The notes below the pieces were generated by a model, which had not been told where the DNA came from, did no database searches, and saw only the letters and a list, made by a program, of their open reading frames with translations. From contig OX597814.1 in assembly GCA_951406725.2 (NCBI GenBank), forward strand, positions 196,850,001 through 196,914,000: 64,000 nt of DNA, written 5' to 3'. Positions 52,835 through 64,000 of this stretch are shown in pieces. The first letter of the stretch is position 1; each line of letters opens with the position of its first letter. This stretch comes from Octopus vulgaris. Taxonomy: Eukaryota. A program made the position numbers and the translations under genes.

Positions 52835-53005
52835 TAGGCACAGGCATGGCTGTGTGGTAAGAAGCTTGCTTACCAGCCACATGGCTCCGGGTCTGGTCCC
52901 ACTGCGTGGCCCCTTGGGGCCAGTGGCTTCTTCTATAGCTTCGGGCCGACCAAAGCCTTTTTGATAGGATTTGGTAGACGGAAACTGAAAGAAGCCTGTC
53001 GTGTA
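52835..53005 (+). mobile_element. SINE A head half
   Basis: AGGCACAGGCATGGCTGTGTGGTAAG...GGAAACTGAAAGAAGCC. Confidence 0.8.
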
Positions 53006-53009
53006 TATA

Positions 53010-53040
<31 letters not shown>

Positions 53041-53517
53041 GACATTCCTTTTTGTGCACTTAAAACGCATACCTATCAGTTTCATTCATCCAGACGAAAA
53101 CTCATATTCTCTCTCTATACATACACACACACGCACGCACACACACACATACACACACATACATACACACACATATAAAGGAGTAGATATTCACCTAAAT
53201 AAGAGTACCTGAGTGTGTATATGTGTATGTGTGCATGTGGATGTTTATATGAGTGTGTGTGTTTGTCTGTATGTGAGTGTATCTGTATGCGTGTGTGTGT
53301 TTAAATTTTTCTAACAAACCAACAATCCTATTGTTTTGATTACATATTGTTTTTATTTTTATTTATAAATGCCTCCAGTATTTACATATACATATACACA
53401 GACACTCACACACACACACACTCACAAACAAATACACATACACACACATACTTATATAAATATATGCATATATGTATGCATGTATAATTCAAATATTTGT
53501 GTATATTCACGCCAATG

Positions 53518-53581
<64 letters not shown>

Positions 53582-54014
53582 AGTATATATTTACACTAGA
53601 ATGATCCCTTTTGAGAGGAATTTATTTTTCTCCTTTTTTTTACTATTTTCTACAAGAAGAGCTCTACATTGCATTTTGTTCCCTATGTGTTCGGCCCTGT
53701 GTGGATAATAATATACATATACATATATGTATCCCATTGCATACATATGCATGCATCTGTATATATATATTTACATATATATGCGTGCTTATATACACAG
53801 TATATATATATATGTATATATATTTATACATACACGCGCATACAAGCACATATGTATGCTCGTAAGATAGCGTGTGTGTAGAATAATAGCAGACCAAAGC
53901 ACATATATATATATACATATAAACATACAGACGAGAAGTTTATATAACTTGGGAGAAGCGAAATAAAAGTTTAAGAAAAGTTATAAAAGCATTATAGCAT
54001 TATCAACAGCGTTA

Positions 54015-54376
54015 TCAACGGTTACGACGATGAGGGTTCCAGTTGATCCGATCAACGGAACAGCCTACTCGTGGAACTAAACGTGCAAGTGGCTATGCAC
54101 TCCGCAGACATGTGTACCCGTAACGTAGTTCTGGGGGAGATTCAGCGTAACACAGAGTGTGACGGGGCTGGCCCTTTGAAATACAGCTGCAACAGAAACA
54201 GGAAGAAAGAGTCAGAAAAGAATGCAGCAGGGTTCGCCACCACCCCCTACCGGAGCCTCGTGGGGCTTTAAGTGTTTTCGCTCAATAAACACTCACAACG
54301 CCCGGACTGGGAATCGAAACTGCGATTCTACGGCCGCGAGTCCGTTGCCCTAACCACTGGGTCATTGCGTCTCCAC
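54015..54376 (-). mobile_element. SINE C, near full-length
   Basis: Reverse complement of the family C head and body. TATCAAC is present at both flanks. Confidence 0.85.
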
Positions 54377-55408
54377 TATCAACAGTACAATAACATTAAC
54401 GACAGTATCACGAACACTTGTAGCACTATACAACATTAGTGAAGGCGTTAAAAGCAACGACTATTCTAGCAGCAATCGCAACAATAGCAACAATAGTAAA
54501 CATTATAACTGTTGTTACTATGAATAGCAACACCAATTATAATGTGATTACTGACATTAGCAACTAATTGCTGAATATAACTGCAACTATGACACAAGCT
54601 GTATAGCAACAATATCAGGAAAAAAAAATAAAACAGTTGAATCAACTGTGAGGAATAGCAACGAGAGAGAAGTAGCGCATAGGTGCAACTTTTATTAACA
54701 ACATCGATCGCATCAAGAAGCGTAAACTAGCAGAAAAAAATAGCGACAGCAATGACAACAGCAACAATTGCAACAGCGCGAATAGCAACAGTAACAATAG
54801 CGGGAATAACGATCACAATAATTCAAGATAAATGGAAGCGAACGTGGACTACATTAATTAGCAACAACAGTAACTAAAAGCATAGATAAAACGAAATCCC
54901 TTTAATATAACCTTGCATCTCGCCGACCCCCCCCCCCATCTCCCATCACCTCACCGCCGCTGCTTTCCCCAACGCAGAAACCCATCAAAGAGACGGTGAG
55001 GGTTTCTTCTTTTTTTTTTCTTTTTTTTTCTTTTTTTTCTTTTTTTTTTTTTTCAAAGGGAGCGCTGTCATGCTAGAGAAGCGCGTAACAGCACCATCGA
55101 TAGCAAGAGAAACACGCAGCCATGGGGAACACGTACAGCTATATCAACAGCTACAGCAGCAGATCGATAACTGCAGGGATCGAGCGGAGGCGGGGGTTGG
55201 AGGTGGGGGTGGTGGTGGAGGTTAGGGGGGTGGGGTTTCGGAGAGTCGAGTCGGATTAAATGGAAACCTATCTGATGACAGCAAGTGAAAGCGAGAAGGG
55301 AGGCATGGAGCGGAGTAACAGAAAGGTGGGGGTCGAGTAAGGAAAAGGGAGTGATGAACGCGACCTTATGAACAGTGACAAAATTTGAAGCATGCACACG
55401 TATACACA

Positions 55409-55449
<41 letters not shown>

Positions 55450-56098
55450 GGAGAGTGAGGAACGAAGGGAGAGAGAGAAAGGGATGGAAAGAGAGAAAAA
55501 GAGGGAGAGAGAGAAAAGGCGGGAGAGAGAGAGAGAGGGCGGGAGAGAGGGAGAAAGGGCGGGAGAGAGAGAGAAAGGGAGAGAGAGAGAAACGGCGGGA
55601 GAGAGAGAAAGGGAGAGAGAGAGAAAGGGCGGGAGAGAGAGAGAAAGGGAGAGAGACATACGCACATTCTCATACCTCAATTTATCTAAACACTGTTTAA
55701 TAATGAGTATTTGTGTACGTATTAGCGTGTGTGTGTGTGTGTTTGAATGGAAGGATCTCAGATAAGTAGTTAAGGTGTTAGACTCATGATTAAAAGCTCG
55801 TGGTTTCGATTCCTAGACAGGGCGGCGTGGTGTATGTAAGCCTTATCGTTTTACTTTTTTCTTGTCGTAGTTAGCTAAACATAAGTAACAGCCAGTATCT
55901 GATGCAGCTCATCCTCTTAATCCCCCCAGCTGTCACATCCTGATTATTCTAATGGATCAAGGTCCAGGGGTCTGAGAATGTACCCTATGTCTACTAGCCA
56001 AGATATGGGTACCTAAAGCAATCAAGAAAGCATGGTCTAATCTATCAGGTCATATCCCCATGTGTGTAAGCGCTCTCTCTCTCTCTCTCTCTCTCTCG

Positions 56099-56132
<34 letters not shown>

Positions 56133-56139
56133 ATATATA

Positions 56140-56545
56140 CTCTTTTACTTTTTTCAGTCATTTGACTGTGGCCATGCTGGTGCACCGCCTTTAGTCGAGC
56201 AAATCGAACCCTGGACTTATTCTTTCTAAGCCTAGTACTTATTCTATCGGTCTCTTTTGCCGAACCGCTAAGTTACGGGGACGTAAACACACCAGCATCG
56301 GTTGTCAAGTGATGTTGGGAGGACAAACACAGACACACAAACACAGACACACTCATACACACACACACATATATATATATACGACGGGCTTCTTTCAGTT
56401 TCCGTCTACCAAATCCACTCACAAGGCTTTGGTCGGCACAAGACTATAGTAGAAGACACTTGCCCAAATTACCACGCAGTGTGACTGAACCCGAAGCCAT
56501 GTGGTTGGTAAGCAAGCTACTTACAACACAACCACTCCTACGCCT
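56140..56545 (-). mobile_element. SINE A, full-length
   Basis: Family A similarity. Confidence 0.9.
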
Positions 56546-57117
56546 ATATATATATATATATATATATATTTACATTATACATACACATACACACGCACAT
56601 ACACACATATATGTATGCGGATTGTATGTGAGCATGTGTAGGGTTTCCAAAGTAACTTCTTGTATTGAACTCTACTATTTCCCTCTATTTAACTCTCTCA
56701 TATCGTCTCTGATCAAAGGATATCCCTCATATCTTTGAAACAGCTGTAAGGCTATTTTTCTCTTTATAAATGTCCTAGAAATTTCATACAGCCTTAAATT
56801 TGTTGTCTCATTTTATTTAATATATGTATGTATTTATCTAAGTATATATGTACATATATGCATGCGTGTGTGTGTGTGTGGGGGGGTGTTATTTGAATGA
56901 TTCGACAAATGAATTTTGCTACTTGTTTCGATCCTCTACGATGCAAGTTCAAATTCATGTGAGGTCACATGATTGTATCGAGTAACCAACCCAAAATTGA
57001 GCCTATATTAGAAACGGTTATGTACGTTCATCTCCCTCTTTCTCTCTCCTTCTCTCTCACTCTCTCTCTCCTTCTCTCTGTCAATACATGTGTATACCTG
57101 AGTTTGTCATGCAATAA

Positions 57118-57199
<82 letters not shown>

Positions 57200-57218
57200 C
57201 TGTTTATATACATATATA

Positions 57219-57597
57219 CAGGAGTGGCTGTGTGGTAAGTAGCTTGCTTACCAGCCACATGGTTCCGGGTTCAGTGCCACTGCCTGGCATCTTGGGTAAG
57301 TGTCTTCTACTATAGCCTCGGGCCGACCAGAGCCTTGTGAGCGGATTTGGTAGACGGAAACTGAAAGAAGTCCGTCGTATATATTCATATATGTGTGTGT
57401 TATGTCGCCGACACTTAGCGGTTCAGCAAAAGGGACCGATAGAATAAGTACTAGGCTTACAAAGAATAAGTCTCGGGGTCGATTTGCTCACTAAAGGCGG
57501 TGCTCCAGCATGGCCGCAGTCAAATGACAGAAACACGTAAAAGAGTAAAAGAGTAATATATACACATACAACACGCACGCACACACACATATGTATA

Positions 57598-57634
<37 letters not shown>

Positions 57635-57770
57635 GACGGGCTTCTTTCAGTTTCCCCTGTACCAAATCGACTCACAAGGCTTTGGTCGGCCCGAGGCTAT
57701 AGTAGAAGACACTTATCCAAGGTGCCACGCTGTGGAACTGAACACGAACCTACGCTTTTTCTTTACCACC
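57219..57770. mobile_element. SINE A (+, 57219-57556, internally deleted) and SINE A head half (-, 57630-57770)
   Basis: Family A similarity in both orientations. Confidence 0.85.
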
Positions 57771-58038
57771 CAACCAAAACAGAAAGAAAGCCAAATTATT
57801 TTCTATATTCTGTTGCATTTCATGACTATACGAGCGTAAATAGATACCTAAATACATGCGTGTATGTATACCCACCTACACATTCACAACGTTACACATA
57901 CTCACACACGACTTTTCTAATACATGTTGATTTTCCGTAGCATTCGTACCTGGTATTTCTATCAGCCAATCGGAAAAGTTCTACTTGCTATACAAACATA
58001 CATACATAAGATTATGCGTAAATGTAAGTTTATCTATC

Positions 58039-58101
<63 letters not shown>

Positions 58102-58156
58102 TTGTCCTTCTGTCTGTCTGCCTATTTGTCTGTCTGTCTATCTGTCTGCTGGTCTG

Positions 58157-58235
<79 letters not shown>

Positions 58236-58294
58236 GCTTGTCTACCTATCTGTCTATCACTGTATATGTCTATCTGTCTCCTTGTCTTTCTTTG

Positions 58295-58356
<62 letters not shown>

Positions 58357-59847
58357 ACTATCTATCTGTCTGTCTGTCTTTCTGCTTGTCTGTCTGTCTT
58401 TCTGCTTGTCTGACTGTCTTTATATCTATCTATCTATCTATCTGTCTATCTATATATCTATCCAGTTTTATATTGTATATATTTCTGTATCTATGACATA
58501 TTATATGTATGTATATATGTATATATGCGTGTATATATGTATGAATGTGTACGCATTTGTGTAACATATGCGGCAATATTATAGATTTCGTCTATGTGCA
58601 AGTTATGTATATATACATACATATATACACAGACAGACATATACGTGCATACATTCATATACATAACGTACAGATACATCGATATATACACAAACGTACG
58701 TGCTTGTCTGTGAGAAGGCATATATTTATTAACATACGCATATATGAATGGTTTTTGCGTGTGTATGTGCTTATGTGAATGTATGAACGTGTGTGTTTGT
58801 CTGTGTGTGTGTGTCTGTGCTTGTGTGTTTGTGTGTGTGTGTTTGTGTGTGTGTGTGTTATGCTTTCTTACATGCGTTTAGCCTTTCTCAAGGAAGAGTT
58901 TATAAATATCCGTTCATTTATAAATATCTATATATGCTTAGTACTGCGTGGATAAGGAAGTAGGCGCCCGGTCCACTAGATCAATGGTTCAAGTCTTGTT
59001 CCGGCCACGGCCCCGAATCGTATCAACGTAATAGGTTACCTGAACACAGGTGGGTATAGTCTATCACATTTGACCCTCGTACTACTACTCCCCTTCTTTT
59101 TTATTTCATCGGCCCTGGAATAAGGAAAGGCAAAGTTGAACCGGATGGGATTTGAACTCAGGACCTCATATGAAACACCTCTAACGATTTTACCATTGTC
59201 CTTACTGTATGTAGAATTTGTTGTTGCTATCATTATTATGCTCCACCCCGTAATTGATAATACGGTGTAAAGGCGATTAATGCAAACCCTTGCTTTAATC
59301 GTCTTTGTATTGCCCCTTGGAAAGAAAGGCGGGAAAATATTGACCCCGATTGAATCGAACTCTGATCGACTATCAAATAACACCAAGTATTTTGTTCCCG
59401 ACGCTCCCCTCGTTCTCCCGACTCTGTGTCCTTCTTTCAGTAATATTTGTAATATAATAATTGTGCTTCGTTAAACTGCAACAGTGATTTTTAATTCCTC
59501 CCGTAGTTATATTGAACAGAGTGATTATCTCCAGCAGGTTTATTTGCATGAAGAGAAAAAGAAGAGAAAATATGAAGGAAAAACTCTATATAGAGTCTCC
59601 TCGTGTTTCCCTTTTAGCGTGTGCGTGTATGATAGAAGTAGGTGATTTAGCTGCTAGAAATAGCAGCTTATCGTCTAAAAGATAGGCAGTCGCATCTGAG
59701 TAAAAGCGCAAGGGCACGGTCGATTGTGTGCTTTTGGTTACACTATATTAGAAGAAGAAAAAAAGGAAGGTTTAATTCTAAACCATATTTCTTCTTTATT
59801 CTGTCGGATAAAAGGAGAGCTGAGAGCTATAAAGTATAACAAATGTA

Positions 59848-59993
59848 GTGTTAAGAAGCTTGATTCCCAACCACATGGTTCCGGGTTCACTCCCACCGCA
59901 TGGCACCTCCAGCAAGTGTGTTCTACTATTGCCTCGGACCAACCAATGCCTTGTGAGTGGATCTGGTAGAGGGAAATTGAAAGAAACCCGCCT

Positions 59994-60058
<65 letters not shown>

Positions 60059-60290
60059 GTGGGTGTGCGTGTGTGTCAGTGCCTCTGTTTGTCCCCTACC
60101 GCCGTTAAACAATCAGTGCAGTTGTGTTTACGACCCCGTAATTCAGCCGTTTCGGCGAAAGGGGACGATAGAATAAGAGCTAGGCTATAAAAATTTTTCT
60201 TGGGTTCCCTTTATTCAATTAAGACCCTTCAATGTGGTGTCGTTAGCATGGCCGCAGTCTAATGATTGAAACAAGTATAGGATAAACGAT
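59848..60290 (+). mobile_element. diverged SINE A
   Basis: CCAACCACATGGTTCCGGGTTCA...GCATGGCCGCAGTCTAATGATTGAAACAAG. Confidence 0.8.
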
Positions 60291-60467
60291 AGAAGAAAAT
60301 CGCTCTATGAAGAAGTATCTTAGCGGTTTCTGAACGGATCCAGGTCTAATTAGGAAGGTCTAATCAGGAGCGCCACAAAAGTTAGAATAAAAAGAGTACA
60401 TTTGACTATTTATACGTATTTGAAAGAATTCGTTATTCTTTATATATACGAGATAGATTCGATATAC

Positions 60468-61060
60468 TTTTCTACTCTAGGCACAAGGCCCGAAATTTTG
60501 GGGGCGAGGGGGCAGTCGATTTGGCCGACCCCAGTACGCAACTGGTACTTAATTTATCAACCTCGAAACGATGAAAAGCAAAGTCAACCTTTCGCGGAAT
60601 TTGAACTCAGAACATAAAGATAGACGAGATGCCACTAAGCATTTCGCCCGGCGTGCTAAAGTTTCTTATTTCTTTATTGCCCACAAAGGGGCTAAACATA
60701 GAGGGCACAAACAAAGACAGACGAAGGGATTAAGTAGATTACATCGACTTCAGTGCGTAACTGGTACTTAATTTATCGACCCCGAAAGAATGAAAAGCTA
60801 AGTCGACCTCGGCGGAATTTGAACTCAGAACGTAAAGGCAGACGAAATACCTATTTCTGTACTACCCACAAGGAGCTACACGCAGAGGGGACAAACGGAT
60901 TAAGTCGATTATATCGACCCCAGTGCGTAACTGGTACATATTTAATCGACCCCGAAAGGATGAAAGGTAAAGTCGACCTCGGCGGAATTTGAACTCAGAA
61001 CGTAACGACAGACGAAATACCGCTCAGCATTTCGCCCGGCGTGCTAACGTTTCTGTCAGG
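60468..61060 (-). mobile_element. SINE B trimer-like array
   Basis: Three family B bodies, with the junction GACGAAATACCTATTTC at about 60841-60857. Confidence 0.88.
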
Positions 61061-61380
61061 TTCGAGATTCGAGGCTGTGTACAACGTATATGTCTAAAAG
61101 AAAACATTTTAGTTGGAAAGACAACGCAACAGTGAACAGCTAAACTCACACATTTGCACAGACACAACTAAATGTACGCATATATAAAAGTTTGTTTTAA
61201 GAAACGAAGAATATATACTGAGGAAACTACGCAGTGTAAAGTTTCTAGGCTCCCTTCCCCACCCGCTGACATATTTTGATGCCTCTTACAAGCTTCACCA
61301 TTTCTATGTTACACACAAATTTACACATACACACACATACATGTAGATATATATATAGGTAAGTTTCAGTAATAGCCACA

Positions 61381-61394
61381 TGGATAGATAGATG

Positions 61395-61478
<84 letters not shown>

Positions 61479-61637
61479 TGTTTCTTTATTAGCCACACAG
61501 GGCTGCACACAGACAGGACAAAATTACAAGGTAGAGCTTTTTGGGGGGGGGGGGGGTAAAAGAAGGGGGATTGGTTTTCGATCAAAAGGAAAGAAAGAGG
61601 AGAAAAGGGGGGGGGATAAAATAACATTTAAAAAAAA

Positions 61638-61668
<31 letters not shown>

Positions 61669-61787
61669 TAGAGTAAGTAGGTAGGCAGGTAGGTGGGTAG
61701 GTAGATGGGTAGGTAGGTAGATAGATTGATAGACGGACAGTACAGATGGATAAATAGATAGACAGACAGACATACAGATAAATAGAT

Positions 61788-61820
<33 letters not shown>

Positions 61821-62103
61821 GACAGACAGACAGACAGACAGATAGAGACAGACAGATAGACAGACATGTCTATACAGCTAGATAGATAGATAGATAGGGT
61901 AGGTATTTAGGTAGGTAGGTAGGTAGACAGACTGTACAGATAGATAGATAGACAGACAGACAGACATACAGATAAATAAATAGATAGGTAGATAGATAGA
62001 GAGAGAGAGAAAGAGAGAGAGAGCCAGACAGACAGACAGACAAACAGAGACAGAGAGAGAGACAGACAGACATGTATATACAGATAGATAGATAGATACA
62101 TAG
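61381..62103. repeat. (GATA)n/(GACA)n/(GGTA)n field with an embedded LINE-like 3' end at 61478-61610
   Basis: The microsatellites are directly visible. The embedded piece reads ...TGTGTGCAGCCCTGTGTGGCTAATAAAGAAAC on the minus strand. Confidence 0.85.
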
Positions 62104-62798
62104 AAAGGCACGCACAAATAGAAGTGTGAAAATCCGTAGACATGTTAATACGCAACGAGTGTATTTCACGCTTATACTCTACATCAACAGGTACCTTACA
62201 TTTTATCTCCAGTTTCCCGCTATAAAGTGAAGGCTTCATGTTTCACTTGTAACAAGCGGATACTGTTCTGTGGAAGGAAGGTTCGTGAAGATTCTCACGC
62301 TTTTTTATTGATGTATGTGAAGAAATCCTTATAGGGAACCTAACTTAGGAGTTACAATATTAATGTTGCCATGTTTTCCTGCTGATTACGGAGATTAATA
62401 CGGTTGCTGTGTGACTATATAGCAAGATTTTTAGAAGATTTTTTAGCTAAATGATACGAACGAAAACTTGTAAGTAAGTCCTCGTGAAACTGTTGCTTTC
62501 TGAATATGTTTTGTATGTTCATGTGCCTTTGTGAGCATGTGTGTGTAACATAGATGGAAATATATATTATACACAGTGCAAAAGTTATATGATATAGAGG
62601 TCAACAATGAGTGGACGTACTATCTTTATTATATCAAAAAGTGATAATCTCCTTCTGCCAAAATAGTAAGCCGGGCGAACTGTTAGATTCTAATATAAAG
62701 ACACGCAGCAACACCTCTCCACACACATGCGCAAATACACACACATATACACAGATATGCACAAACAAATATGTACATAACTATTACTCTCTCCCTGG

Positions 62799-62872
<74 letters not shown>

Positions 62873-63591
62873 GTCTATCTATCTGTCTATCTGTTTGTCT
62901 GTCTGTCTATCTATCGATCTGCCTGTCTGTCTGTCTGTCTATCGATCTATCTGTCTAGCTATCTATCTATCTGTGTCTCTCTGTAAATACACACACACAT
63001 AATTAGGAAACTGATATGAATTAATGTATATACATGTGAACACGTATACATACACACACACACACACAAAGAGACAGACACTCACACAAACAGACTGACA
63101 CACCTACACACATATACATACATACACGTATAAATTAAATTCGGAAATAAAGTATACATCGCTATGTGCACACAAACACACACACGTACGCACACACATA
63201 CACACAGTCACATATAGGCACATATATACACGCATTGTAACATCATGCTAGCCCACCCACTAGAAATAGCGACAAAATCTCCCCCCTCAAATAATGACCC
63301 TCAATCTTCAATAATTATGGGTCACATTGTAAATAAAGTCCTCCATAGACAGTGATCTTCGGATGGACACGGGTTTCACAATTAGTCGACATGGTGAACG
63401 GTGGCTTCGGGGCCGAAAAAACTACAAGTCCATTGGTTGATCAATTGATGAATAATTTTGAACATAAACACACATACACATTTATATACACACGTCTGTT
63501 GTACAGCGTCTAGGCATCGTGTGTGCCTGCGTATAGGTATTTATATATCTATATCTGTATACATACATGTGCTAATAATTTCTATGCTAGA

Positions 63592-63622
<31 letters not shown>

Positions 63623-63644
63623 TTATTGCATACGCACGCAATAT

Positions 63645-63702
<58 letters not shown>

Positions 63703-64000
63703 TACTTACATACATACATATATACATACATAAATACATACGTTCATACATACATACATACATACACATACCTATATATAGATATATATATACACACATA
63801 CATACATGTCGACGTGTGTATGAGTATGCATCAATTTTTGTCCTTGTCGAAGACGATAACCTCAACGCAAAACCGGCTTGTATATCTAGATGAGTGGGCA
63901 GGTTGGGTCTGCCTCGCTCGGACGTGACGTATGAGTCCTAGCAGACCAAACGAGAGAGGAATCCTACTTCGCATCAAGGTGCCATACGAGGGACACTTGT

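Overview
AT-rich, microsatellite-dense animal DNA. The repeat families suggest an Octopus (cephalopod) intron or intergenic region, which is my inference from recognising the repeats. No host protein-coding gene, rRNA, true tRNA or CRISPR array is supported, and almost all listed ORFs are translations of microsatellites or SINEs. The window is a mosaic of mobile DNA: three abundant tRNA-derived SINE families (here A, B and C), a full-length but dead Tc1-like transposon with DD36E spacing (18071-19349), a decayed Penelope-like retroelement (RT plus GIY-YIG, 28400-30227), the 3' end of a Gypsy element with PPT and LTR, mariner/maT/Tigger/hAT/HINE remnants and R4/Dong-like pieces embedded in microsatellites. 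The most interesting observations are: (1) SINE B appears to insert preferentially at GGTAT, a motif present in its own head, producing recurrent head-to-tail self-nested arrays; (2) at least seven minimal hammerhead-ribozyme motifs of Penelope type, two of them inside ~100-bp inverted repeats; (3) a 116-bp direct repeat flanking a retroposon 3' fragment; (4) candidate partner-LINE 3' ends for SINE B. All coordinates were read by eye and may be off by a few bases.
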